Below are positions 14,655-27,534 of a stretch of 64,000 nt of DNA, in pieces (the stretch's first letter is position 1; the number at the start of each line of letters is the position of its first letter). A model generated the notes under the pieces. The model had not been told where the DNA came from. It worked only from the letters and a program-made list of their open reading frames with translations, and did not search any database. The position numbers were made by a program, and so were the translations under genes. The stretch comes from Eledone cirrhosa (Eukaryota), in contig OZ024752.1 of the NCBI GenBank assembly GCA_964016885.1, forward strand, positions 14,260,001 through 14,324,000. Direction: 5' to 3'.

Positions 14655-14895
14655 TCTCTGAATTGAGTGACCTCAGCTCCAATAGTATGGACATGGGGTT
14701 AGAATGTTCTCAGGAAAGAATTGCTGGACATATTTTATGGGTAAAACCAACCGGAAGGAGACCCAGGGGTAGATGTGACCCTTCTGTGACCTTCCCCGGC
14801 CAGATGATTTAGAGACGGTTGCCACTGACAGGACCTACTGGAAGGAATGTTTGAGGACGCTGCCCACGACATTCTCAGGAATATGTGCGAGTAGA
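14655..14895 (+). mobile_element. RTE LINE 3' fragment
   Basis: Translates to YGHGVRM..QERIAGHILWVKPTGRRPRGR. Confidence 0.6.
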
Positions 14896-14897
14896 AG

Positions 14898-14932
<35 letters not shown>

Positions 14933-14966
14933 TACATACTATTCGATTACGTGTTCCAGCCGACAT

Positions 14967-15077
<111 letters not shown>

Positions 15078-15118
15078 AATATATAATATAATATATATAT
15101 ATATATATTATATATATA

Positions 15119-15170
<52 letters not shown>

Positions 15171-15242
15171 TATATATATTATATATATATATATATGTAT
15201 ATATATATTATATATATATATATATATATAATATTATATATA

Positions 15243-15311
<69 letters not shown>

Positions 15312-15349
15312 ATATATATATAATATATATATATATATATTATATATAT

Positions 15350-15382
<33 letters not shown>

Positions 15383-15419
15383 CTTGTACGGGTAAAATTC
15401 CCGATATATATATATATAA

Positions 15420-15632
15420 TATAAAAATGGCTTCTGCAGGACTAGATCTGTTTCATTCGGGAGAAATCATCAGGAAGCCGCTTCCAGATGAATTTTCCCG
15501 AATGAAACAGTTCTAGTTCTGTAGAAGTCATTTCTATATTAATTATTCATACTCTGCTATGTATTGAGTACCTTACTTACTGTGGTTTCCCCCGATTGAA
15601 CCCGGGATAAACATATATATTTCACCCTTCAT
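15420..15632. mobile_element. Fold-back mini element (centre 15479), HHR in each arm, tail on right
   Basis: Minus arm GCTTC-CTGATGA-TTTCTCCCGAAT-GAAACAG; plus arm GAAACAG-TTCTAGTT-CTGTA-GAAG; tail ACTCTGCTATGTATTGAGTAC. Confidence 0.82.
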
Positions 15633-15666
15633 AGATACATATAAATCCTCCTCAATTCATTCCACA

Positions 15667-15758
<92 letters not shown>

Positions 15759-16350
15759 TTCAGAGCACCAATTCTAATTATATATCTCTATATATATATA
15801 TCATTTATATGCATCTGTGAAGAGTAACTCATGAGATTTTGTGGAGGAAACCCGGAGAATTAGAGGGTGTTAGTGACGTACAATAAGTCAAACATGTGTA
15901 TACTGAAAATGAAGAATATATTACGAGCTCATGTAAACGGAACTTACGTCCTTCTCATGATCATGCACTTCAATACATATTAAAGTGAATGAATATTAGA
16001 ACATTTCTCTTAATCTCAGAATTAGCTCACTTTTAAACTGCTTCTAGCAATAATGATTCAACTAATATTTATCTCTACGTTTGTTTTCGTAAAAGCTATC
16101 AGACTATTACCTGGTGTAATAGAGAGAAATATCAATGAAAGCAAATATATAAAAGGTTATTAACAGATTCAGGCGTATTGGCTTCTTCCGTTGAATATCA
16201 ATAATGTTTACGTTAGAATGAAAAGCGTCGCCCCGTTTGAATTTCTTATGAGGAGAATTGTATGGGATGGAGTGGATTACAGTCGGTTTCGACGATGCGT
16301 GTTCCAGTTTTCCGATCAATACAGTTGTATTGATGAAATTAGCATGTAAG

Positions 16351-16681
16351 CAGGGCCGGAATTAATGGGTTGTGGGCAGAGGGTGCAATTACCCCGGGCC
16401 CCCTGCAGTGAAGCGGAGAGGAGGGAGTCCAGAGACGCCCATAGCAATTGATTTGTGCTCTCAGCTGGGCTTTTTAATTTTAGGATGGTTAGAAATTTTG
16501 AAGATAATAGCTGTATATATAACTTTTCAATTCCAATTACTTGAACCAATCTAACCTTGCTATGTAAAATTGGGGGCGTGCTGTGTGTTCTAATTTTTCC
16601 TGTACGAGACCCTTCCCGACCCCCCCCCCCAAAAAAAAACCCTGAAGTGCCCCGTGTCCCCATGATTTGAATCCAAGCCTG
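16351..16681. mobile_element. Non-autonomous hAT-like MITE
   Basis: Imperfect TIRs CAGGGCCGGA / TCCAAGCCTG with GGGCCCC subterminal motifs; no clear TSD. Confidence 0.5.
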
Positions 16682-16949
16682 AGTGTCAATCGCTGCATTA
16701 TCGAAAGTTAACGTTCAATGCAGGGGAATTCACTTAACTCCTCCTAAAAGGGCTTCAAATTATTTTCGATCAATCCCGTTTCACTCATACGGCATGCCGC
16801 AATCCGGAAATATGGGTCATGCCGTTTGCCCAGGAATCCTCATCGTGGTATCATAACCGAACTTCTAAACCATTTGACCAGGCTGCATCCATTGAATACA
16901 TTATATTTTCTTCTTTAAAGTAACGTAATCTTTTATCTATTTAATCCTT

Positions 16950-17060
16950 AACTGGTACTCCGTCGATTAAGACGACTACTGTACCAGTTGATTTGATCAA
17001 CGGAACAACTTGCTCGTGGAATTAACGCACAATTGGCTAATCATTCCACAATCCCGTTAA
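16950..17060. repeat. Decayed octopus-type interspersed repeat
   Basis: AACTGGTACTCCGTCG...GATCAACGGAACA..TGCTCGTG.AATTAACG recognised from memory only. Confidence 0.5.
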
Positions 17061-18195
17061 TACTATATTTTCATCGTAGTACAGTTATTTAAACGTTATG
17101 ATAATAACTTATGATAACCGCTGTTGCCGTAGTCTCTTCTATGTTTGTTAATACACTTATGTCTATGTAAGAAGGATCAAACATATGACAACACTCTACT
17201 TGATAAATCCTTCTACTTTTTTTCCATATTCGAGGTTTTCAAGTCTTTCAATTGTTCGCTAAATAACACAATTCTTTAATAGTTGTTCTGTCCTACTAAA
17301 TACGTGAATATATTATAAGTTTCAGCTGAAAAATATACTAACGATAACAGAGATAATATTCACTATAAAAATACATTTGATGTATATATATACATACGAC
17401 AGAGGTTTCTATACACGAAAACCTGTCAGAAGATTTTTATCATTCAGTGGAATACTATCTATTGCTGTCATAGTCGCATATTATCTTTGATTAATCGGTA
17501 AAGATAATGCCATGTAGTTCATAAAGTTATTGATGCCTAAGAGGACAATTCTCAAGTAATTGCTTTTCACGTAACTATCTGTAAATCTCAAACATCCACT
17601 AGTTTTAAAGGTTAATCCATCAACAGGCCGACTGTCACAAATTACAATGTATTTTGTTACGGACAGTGAATTTGAAAATATGATACCTATATATATATAT
17701 AAAAAGAAGAAAATTATATACATCAGAGTTGAAGTCAATCGTTTACTTGGTGTTCACAGAAAGAATCTTATCTTTATGAAAACAGAAAACAGCAGTGTGA
17801 AAAGGAGATTAATGCGTCATATTGATTCAAGTATATTTAGGTTTCTTTTAGTTAAGAGAATATATATATATATATTATTTTGTTTATATATATATATATA
17901 ACAGAACGCATGACAATTTTGTTTCGAATAATGACTCCTTTTTCTGGTGAGAGAGATATTTCGGAGCAATGTTTACAAGAAACCAAATATTGTCACAAAC
18001 ACATTAAGCAAGGAATATATGAAGAAAATAACTTACAAAAGTTAATTCTATAGCAAAAATTCTGTCAACTAAGATCTACAAAATATTGTCTTGCTTCCTG
18101 TTTCTATAATGTGTACGTCATTGTCATTACATTCACTTTTAGCTATAACCTACATCCAATTATGTCTGTCTACCATTATTTTCTATCGATAAAAG

Positions 18196-18772
18196 GGCGG
18201 TGGATTGGCAGTATCAGTAGAGGGTCGGACGCCATGCTTTCCAGCATAGTTACGTCCCTTTACGATCTGAGTTCAAATCCCGCCGAGGTTGACTTTGCCT
18301 TTCATCCTTACGGGGTCGATAACATAAAGTACCAGTAATGCACTGGCTAATTGCTGGCCTTGTGCCTAAAGTAGAAACAATTATTTTCTATCGATTGGCA
18401 GCATCGGTAGAGGGTCGGATGCCATGCTTTGAAGCATAGAGTTACCTCCCTGTATGATCTGAGTTCAAATCCCGCCAGGGATAACTTTGCCTTTCATCCT
18501 TCCGGGGTCGATAGAATAAAGTACCAGTAATGCATTGGGTAATTGCTGGCCTTGTGCCAAAAGTAGAAACAATTATTTTCTATCGATTGGCACAGTATCG
18601 GTAGAGGGTCGGACGCCATGCTTTGACGCATAGAGTTACGGCCCTTGCCATTCTGAGTTCAAATCCCGACGAGGATAACTTTGCCTTTCATCCTTAGAGG
18701 GTCGATAAAATAAAGTACCAGTAATACACTGGTTTAATTGATGGCCTTGTGCCAAAAGTAGAAACAATTATT
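18196..18772 (+). mobile_element. Three head-to-tail copies of SINE family 1
   Basis: A box TGGCAGTATC.G, B box GTTCAAATCC and core repeated three times; spacer ATTATTTTCTATCGAT. Confidence 0.92.
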
Positions 18773-18865
18773 TTCTGTCAGATATATGTCAGATATAATA
18801 TATATACTTTTATATTACATATTGGAGTGACAACTTGAGTTGATATATATATATATATATATATA

Positions 18866-19320
18866 TACGATATTAAATAAATGGAAATTATATTTATAAA
18901 ACCATATTTATTTCATTATATATATTTCAGGGATATCATATTAACAATATGTTATGCCTTCTTCAGACAAAATACAATATAGACAGTCTTATAAATAAAT
19001 AGATTTGACATACCTTTCAACATCGACTTGCATTTGAAAAGTTGATTTGGCAAATCAACTTTTCAAATGCAAGTCGAAGTTGAAAGGTATGTCAAATCTA
19101 TTTATTTATAAGACTGTCTATATTGTATTTTGTCTGAAGAAGGCATAACATATTGTTAATATGATATCCCTGAAATATATATAATGAAATAAATATGGTT
19201 TTATAAATATAATTTCCATTTATTTAATATCGTAAATATACTCCAAATACTTGTTGAGTGCTTTTATATCAGTTATAAATATTTACTCGTTGTTACCCAA
19301 CAATTTAAATATAACTTTCC
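18866..19320. mobile_element. Near-perfect fold-back element (184-bp arms, centre 19050), HHR in each arm (CTGAAGA 19134, GAAA 19172), right-side tail
   Basis: GTTGATTTG-G-CAAATCAAC centre; tail ACTCCAAATACTTGTTGAGTGC; related to 7049 and 47675 families. Confidence 0.9.
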
Positions 19321-19347
19321 ATATATATATATATATATATATATATG

Positions 19348-21006
19348 TAATGGAAAAATTTGAACAGGAACAAAACAGAGAGGCAGTACAACGAATGTTT
19401 ATTAATTTCACGCTCTTGAGAGTGGGGTGGTGGTGGGGAACGACTTTTCGGGCATAAGCCCTTCCTCAGATGAGAAGTGTGTGGGAACAGAGTTCAAAGG
19501 GTGTGTAGGGGAGTGGTGGAGAGACATATAGCGAAAGGAAACGGTGCGATTGAAATTAAAAATAAAAATAAAAATAAAGCATGATCAAAATACAAGGAAT
19601 GAAATAAATTTAAATATAAAAGCATGATCAAAATAAACTGAAATTAAAAGGGGGGTAAAACAGGTGGTGGAAGGGTGTGGGTGTGTAGGGGTGGTGGCGG
19701 GTGGAGTGGGAGAGGGAGACGGGGTGTCCAGCGGGGAGGGCTGAAGGGGGTGTGTGTGTGTAGGTGTACGTGTGTGTGTGTGTATGTGAAAGTAAGGGTT
19801 GGGGGAAGAACGGGGTTGCATGTTCAGGAAGAGGTGTGTGTGTGGGGGAGGGGGGGTGTAGGTTGGAGTGTCTGTGCGTGTGTGGATAGAGGGGTGGAGG
19901 GAGAGGAATCAGGAGGTTGAGGGTGTAAATATGTGGTGGAAAGCACGTGTGTGTGGGGTTTAAGCGTGTTGTGGGTGTAGGTGGCGTGTGGAGAAACACA
20001 TTTTTTGGGGGGTGTGTGTGTGGGTGAGTTATATAGGTGATTACGTAAGAGGATGGCTGAAAAGTTGGTAAAATCCTATGATGTTTAGTGGATTCTGTGG
20101 TGGTCAAGTTCCACATACGAGTATTCCATGAAGCGATGGTCGGAAGAGGAGAGATGTGGGGTGCGCGCGCAACAGGAAGTGGTCAAGCAGTGGGAGTGCT
20201 GTGTGTCTGTTTGTGCTGGGAGGTGGTCAGAGGGCATAGCAGCAGTCGGTGGAATGGTAAAGGGGCGAGGATGGGTAGGTGTGAAAGTTGGAGTGAGGAG
20301 GGTGTGTGTGTGTGTATTAGTAGAGGTGTTAGTGGGATGAGTGAGTGTGGAGCGGGGAGAGAAGGGTGTGTGTAGTTCTATGGAGGGAGTGTGGTGTACT
20401 GGTGTGTGTGTAGTTTGATGAAGGGGTGTTAGTGGGTGTTAGTATACGGGAGGTGGGGAAGGGTTGAATGCAGGTGTCAGTGGGGGTTAGTGGTGGTAGG
20501 GTGTGTAGAGTTGGTGGTGTACGAGGGTGTGTGGGTACGTGTGCGTGGGTTGGGGGGTGTTAGTGATGTTAGTTACGTGTGGGGTGGGTGGTGTAAGTGG
20601 GTGCGTGTGTTCGTGTGCTTGGGGTCAGGGGGTGTTAGTGAGGTTAGTTGCGGGGTGGTGGGATGGAGGGGTGGGGGTGAGAGGTGTGTGGGTGAGGGTT
20701 AGTGGTGGTAGTAGGGTGTGTGTTTAGTCTGAGCGCGTGTATATATGTGCCGGTGGGTGTGTGCGTGTGATAAGGAGGGGGGAGGAGAAGACGGGAGGGA
20801 TGTTAGTATGTTAGTTGGGGAAGGGTGGTCGGATGAGGGGTGGAGTGGAGGTGTAAGTATTGTTAGTTGTGGGGTGGGCGGTGAAAAGGAGGGGTGTGTT
20901 AGTGGTGTTAGTGGGGGATAAGTGTTAGGGGAGTGGGGTGGTCGAAAGCTAAAGGAATAAGGGTGGGGAGTTCAGGCCGGGGGGAGTGTGGGTCTCTAAG
21001 ATGAAG
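19348..21006 (-). mobile_element. PLE-like 3' region with HHR-like core and long low-complexity (G/T-rich on +) body
   Basis: Reverse complement CTGAGGA-A-GGGC-TTAT-GCCC-GAAA at 19446-19469; terminal ~120 bp recurs on + at 61566-61687. Confidence 0.6.
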
Positions 21007-21023
21007 ATATATATATATATATA

Positions 21024-21071
<48 letters not shown>

Positions 21072-21075
21072 TGAA

Positions 21076-21258
21076 TCTCGGGTTCAAATGGGGGTAACCA
21101 CAGGAAGTAGGGTACTCAATACAGAGCAGAGTATAAATATTTAATATAGAAATGGCTTCTACAGAACTAGAACTGTTTCATTTGAAGGAAACGATCAGGA
21201 AAGCCCTGATGATTTCCTGATCAGTTCCTTCGAATTAAACACTTCTAGTCCTGCAGAA

Positions 21259-21263
<5 letters not shown>
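21076..21263. mobile_element. Fold-back mini element, family of 15420, tail on left
   Basis: ATGGCTTCTACAGAACTAG / CTAGTCCTGCAGAAGCCAT; GTACTCAATACAGAGCAGAGT. Confidence 0.8.
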
Positions 21264-21347
<84 letters not shown>

Positions 21348-21351
<4 letters not shown>

Positions 21352-21513
21352 GTTTCTACTTTAGACCCAAGGTCAGTACTTTATTTTATCGACCCCGTAA
21401 GGATGAAAGGCAAAGTTAATCTCAGCGGGATTTGAACTCAGACTGTAAAGGGACGTAACTATGCTAGAAAGCATGGCGTCCAACCCTCTACCGATAATGC
21501 CAATCCACCGCCC
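21348..21513 (-). mobile_element. SINE family 1
   Basis: Reverse complement of family consensus. Confidence 0.88.
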
Positions 21514-22159
21514 ATATATATATATAATATTTATCAACAAACATCGTGTATACGTAACCAAACTCTCGGTTTCTTACGAAGCGCTGAGGGGTTAATTTAA
21601 TATAAAGAATGGTCTCTTAACGTGCCGATACTATAGAATACATATTATAAATTGTTATTGTTATTATTATTAAAAGCAGAAAAAACTACCTTTCGGTGGT
21701 TTTCTGCTAGCATGTGTTGTGTGCATATTGATATTATACACAAGTATATATGCATGTAAATATGGCATATAAAATAAAATCGTAATTGACAATATCCATA
21801 GAAATTGAAGTCTGCGTTACATTGTCTTATGTAATCAGTAAAATAATCCATGATACATTTTTTAAAAAATGCTATTATATATATATACTGCATTAGGAAA
21901 AAAGTTAGTGACGGAAATATATGAATGTTTATTTAAACGATCGCTAACCGAAAGTGTTGACATTTGAAAATGTTAAAGAAGTGAATCTTTAGATAAGCAA
22001 TAAAATGTATTTAATCAAGTGTTACGAAATTTAGTAGATAAATTGTGTAATATTCATTCATTATTTATTCAAAGTATTTATTTTACAATCGAGATTAAAA
22101 AAAATGTATTCTGGACACAGTTCCGCAGTCCTCTCTTTTTTTATAGTTAAGATTGTAAT

Positions 22160-23975
22160 TATTATTATTATTATTATTACAGTTCCATTTATCTTGCTTT
22201 ATGTTCATACGAGTTATCACCAAGTCACAACCAGTGACCTCAAGAGACAACAAGGTCTGCCATGTTCAAGAAAGAACATACATACACACACATGCATCTT
22301 TAGGTGTTTAGACTTGTGACGTACTTATATTGACAGAATCTTCCTTAGTATATGGGCAGTTCCCATTCGTACTATCTTTTGTAATTCTCTTATACGCGGG
22401 TTTCCTGGGATTTGCGATAAGTAATCATTAGACCCCTTAGGTATCATTCCTAGAGCGCCTACAACCACTGGTATTGTTTTAGTTCTCAATTTCCACATTT
22501 TTCCAATTTCTATCTGCAGGTCCTTATACTTATACTTGCTCAATTTTTCAAATGTTTTTATAGATACATTCTTGTCTATTGGAACGGACATATCAATTAG
22601 CAGGCATACCCTCTTTTTAAAGTCCTTCAGTATTATATCAGGACTATTTGCATCTATTTTTCAGTCTGTTTGGATGCAAAAGTTCCACAAGATTGAGATG
22701 TGATCTTTTTCAAGTATAGGATGTGGTTGATGCTCCCACCAATTCTTTTGATGGAGCAGGTCAAAATGCTTACACATTATCCATGGATTGGCAGTATCGG
22801 TAGAGGGTCGGAAGCCATGCTTTGCAGAAAAGAGTTACGGCCCTTTATGATCTGAGTTCAAATGCCGCCAGCGTTAACTTTTCCTTTCATCTTTACGGGG
22901 TCGATAAAAATAAAGTACCAGTAATGCACTGGGATAATTGCTGGCCTTGTGCCAAAAGTAGAAATAATTATCCAATGTATGTATTGTGCAGCTCTGTCAT
23001 GCCTGTTTAGGTATTCGGTTGGAGCTATAGGACTGCACATTGAAATTATATGATCAATTGTCTCTGGTTGATTTTTACATACACGGCATAATGGGTTGCA
23101 TCCATTTTTTATTATGTTGGCTTGGTAATGTTTTGTTGGCAGACACTGATCTTGTGTTGATATAATCAGTCCTTCCGTCTCCGATTTCACTCCAGAGGAT
23201 ACCAACCACTGATGGGTTAAAGTGTTGTCAATATCAGGATTGTTAGCTCTTTCTGGGTATTTTCCATACAGAGGCTTTTATTGCCATTTCTTAGCCAGTT
23301 TCTGTAGCAGTTCTTTCTTAACAGTTACTTTTACCCGCTTTGCTTTTTCTGTGTTTTTCATTTCAGCAGTAAATGGAACTTCTGAAATGTGTAGTCCATT
23401 ACTGTATCTTTGTGCATCTGTTGTAATGGAGTATGATCTTTTCATGCTTTCGTGTTTCAAAACGAGTTTGATCATCCAATCATGTGATTCCCTTAGATAT
23501 GTACATAATCCAATTGTTGCAGTTTTCAACGCAATAACTAACTGGATTAACCCACGTCCTCCTTCTTTCCTATGGAGATATATTCTATCTGTATCTGCCT
23601 TAGGGTGATGAATTTTTGTATCGAGCCTACGGATCTCTGTGCTTGACCAGTTGATGACATTGTAACTGTAGGTTACTACTGGTATGGCAAGCATGTTTAT
23701 GGCATCGATCCTATTCCTTGCGTTCAATTCCGTTCTTAAGATTGCTCTTACTCTTCGGTAACATTCCTTCCTTATCCTTTCCCTCATTGTCGAGTGCTTG
23801 ATTCCGTCTCCTTCACAAACACCTAGATATTTGTAAGTTTTCTTGATCTAGTTCTCTTATCACATTCCCCCGATAAAGATTAATGTCTGAACTTTTCAGC
23901 AGCCTTCCTCTGGTGAACGTTGCTTTGGCGAATTTATCTAGTACTTAACGTTGATTTGGCGCATTTATCTAGTCC
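22160..23975 (-). mobile_element. Dong/R4-type non-LTR retrotransposon with restriction-like endonuclease, 5'-truncated, decayed
   Basis: GGRGLIQL; CRVCKNQPETIDHIISMC; RHDRAA; KLSKYKDL; IPVVVGALG; (TAA)n 3' tail. Confidence 0.9.
22784..22966 (+). mobile_element. SINE family 1 nested in the Dong/R4 LINE, TSD ATTATCCA
   Basis: TSD at 22776-22783 and 22967-22974. Confidence 0.9.
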
Positions 23976-26162
23976 TTATTACTATTATTATTATTATTAT
24001 TGTTCTTTGAGTCTCAGTCAGTTAACTGGAAAGTTTGTTGAAATGAATATCAAGCCACTACATGCAGCCTCAGATATTCAGGACGTATCGGAGGGTTCTT
24101 GCTGTTCCCAGCAAGCATGCCTTTTGAAGCGTTCCAAAAAGCGTGGCGGGGCCAATTTTCTTTAACCATCCCTGGAAACTTTTTGAGATAGTACCTAGTG
24201 CGCCTATGACAATCGGGACCACTTTGACTTCATGGAAGTTCCAAATCCTTTTTACCTCCCTCTTTAAGTCCTGGTATCGGTTAATTTTCTCCCTCTCCTT
24301 CTCTTGCACTCTCGTGTCGAATGGGCAGGCCACATCCACAATCAGGCACGATCTTTTTTACTTGTCCAAAACCACCAGGTCAGGTCTATTGTGTTCCAAT
24401 TTCTTGTCCGTCTGTATCCTAAAATCCCACAGCACCTTCACCTGATCGTTTTCTATCACCGACTCTGGCTTATGATCATACCACTTCTCAGAATGTTGTA
24501 AATTGTTTACTTTGCATAGGTGCCAGTGGATCACCCTGCCAATCACATCACGTCTCCAGCCTTTATAGTGAGTCTGGGCTAGGTGTTTACACTCGGATAC
24601 AATGTGAGCCACAGTCTCCTCTCTCTCTCCACAGATCCTGCACAGTGAGCTAGCCTCCTCCTTGTAAATATGGTGTTTCAACCACTTCGTTTTGAGGGCC
24701 TGCTCTTGCGCAGCCATTAACATTCCTTCTGTAGCCTTTTTAAGGTCTCCTCTTTTCAATCAGTTCCATGCCTGTGGAAGGTACTATGAAGGGGCTTTTC
24801 ATAAAGGCTGCTCTTTCTCCTTGTTGTTATTTCCTCCTTGGACATCCCCTGGTCTATTGTCCTCTCCTTCAGTACAATTCTGAGCATTGGCTCCTTACTA
24901 TCAGTCACGTATTTGTGTAGGTTGTTTTTCTCCATCTGAACACAGTCCTCTATGCTAACAAGACCTCTTTCACCTTCAGATCTCCTTAAGTAGAGTCTAT
25001 CGACATGTTGTAGATAGTCAATAGCTTCCTAGTCTTCCTATCCATTTCTTTTTGTTCAGCAACATTCCATCTCAGAATTCCCGCACTGTACCTAATAATA
25101 GACACAGCTCGGGAATTTACTGCACTTATGGCATTCCTACTGTTCAGATGTGACTTTAATACGCTCCTTACTCTCCGAATGTATTCAGATCTTATCAATT
25201 CCTTCATATTTTTGTTCTTGATGTCATCAGCCTCCAGAACACCCAAATACTTGTATCCCTCTTCAGTGTCAATTTCCTTTATCATCTCACCTGTTGGTAC
25301 CTGGATTCCGTTGCTTCTGCTCAATTTACCCTCTCTTCATCACAAGGACTCCACACTTACTAATAGCAAATTGCATACATTTATCATTGCTGAAAATACG
25401 GACAGTGTCAACAAGCACATCCAACTCCTTCTCACTCTTCCCGAAGAGCTTATGATCGTCCATGAAGAGGAGGTGATTGATGGTAAACTCTCCCTTTCCC
25501 AACTTGTATCCTGCTCTCACTTTTCGCAGTATAATGGTCAGGAGCATCAGGGCAAGGACAAACAACAGAGGGGACAGACTATCTCCCTGGAAGATACCGC
25601 TCTTGATCTTCACGCCTCCCAAGGATTCTCCAGCTGATGTTAACTCTGTTTACCAGGACTTCATACTTTTGCCCAACAAATGTCTGATGTTATCTGCCAC
25701 CTTGAAGATCTCTAGGCTTTTGGTGATCCAAGAATGGGGCAACATGTCAAATGGCTTTTTGTAGTCTACCATCCCATGGCAAGACCAGTGTGTCTCCTCT
25801 TGCAATTTCTCATTACCATTTTATCAATAAGTAACTGGTCCTTTGTACCATGGGACATCTTTCTGCATCCTTTCTGTTCGTCCGGTAACAAGTTGTTTGT
25901 GTGGAGGTGATGGTAGATTCCTCAGACATAATGCTTGTCAACAGTTTCCACTTTACGGACAGACATGAGATAGGTAACATCATTACTCTTGATTCGGTCT
26001 TTCATTACCAGAACTGTGGTACCTCACCTGACATCAAGCAGTCATTGAACATGGTTGTCAGTTTCGGGTGGAGGGACGTTATATCTTTAATCCAATACCC
26101 ATGCATACCATCTGGGCCTTGTGATTTCCAGTTGGTTATTAACTCTGATCAATATAGCTTGC

Positions 26163-26163
<1 letters not shown>
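23976..26163 (-). mobile_element. Second, divergent Dong/R4-type LINE, 5'-truncated, decayed
   Basis: GIFQGDSLSPLLF; HLLFMDD; YKYLGV; CRICGEREETVAHIVSEC; HNRPDLVV; DVACPFD; EKINRYQDL; (TAA)n tail. Confidence 0.93.
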
Positions 26164-27098
<935 letters not shown>

Positions 27099-27115
27099 TA
27101 TATATATATATATAT

Positions 27116-27311
27116 ATAGGAACCAGTAAGACCCCGACAGCTGAGCTCAAGCCGTTTCGACGGCTTATTCTGAGAATTAGCCGTCGAAACGGCTTGAGCT
27201 CAGCTGTCGGGGTCTTACTGGTTCCTATTACCCACTCTACTACCTCAAGTATTGAGTACTTTGGTGCGTTATGGTCCACCTGGTTCCTTACTACTTACTA
27301 CATTTCCTTCG

Positions 27312-27313
<2 letters not shown>
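27116..27313. mobile_element. Fold-back mini element (~55-bp arms, only 3' half of HHR), right-side tail
   Basis: Centre ATTCT-G-AGAAT; tail ACTCTACTACCTCAAGTATTGAGTAC; family of 38589 and 43937. Confidence 0.85.
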
Positions 27314-27366
<53 letters not shown>

Positions 27367-27493
27367 AATTATAAGGGTAAGGAACAAGGATTCAGTATTA
27401 CATCATAATATATTTAACATGTCACATATGTTTCTCTATCGATCAGATCGCAGTTCATCTATCGCAGTTGTATATACAACTATATACATACAT

Positions 27494-27533
<40 letters not shown>

Positions 27534-27534
27534 G

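Noticed and set aside
18196-18290. tRNA gene calls for A/B-box sequences
   Set aside because: No cloverleaf; they are SINE heads followed by core and tail
18866-19233. Palindromes as miRNA precursors or classical MITEs
   Set aside because: Variable arm length within families, one-sided tails, HHR cores and links to PLE ORFs fit PLE origin better
21650-21895. Inverted match to 40700-40915
   Set aside because: Diverged dispersed repeat 19 kb apart; no sign of bounding one element
27375-27480. Further HHR-like remnants (also ~11975, 59785-59815, ~60665)
   Set aside because: Only partial cores; stems could not be established by eye
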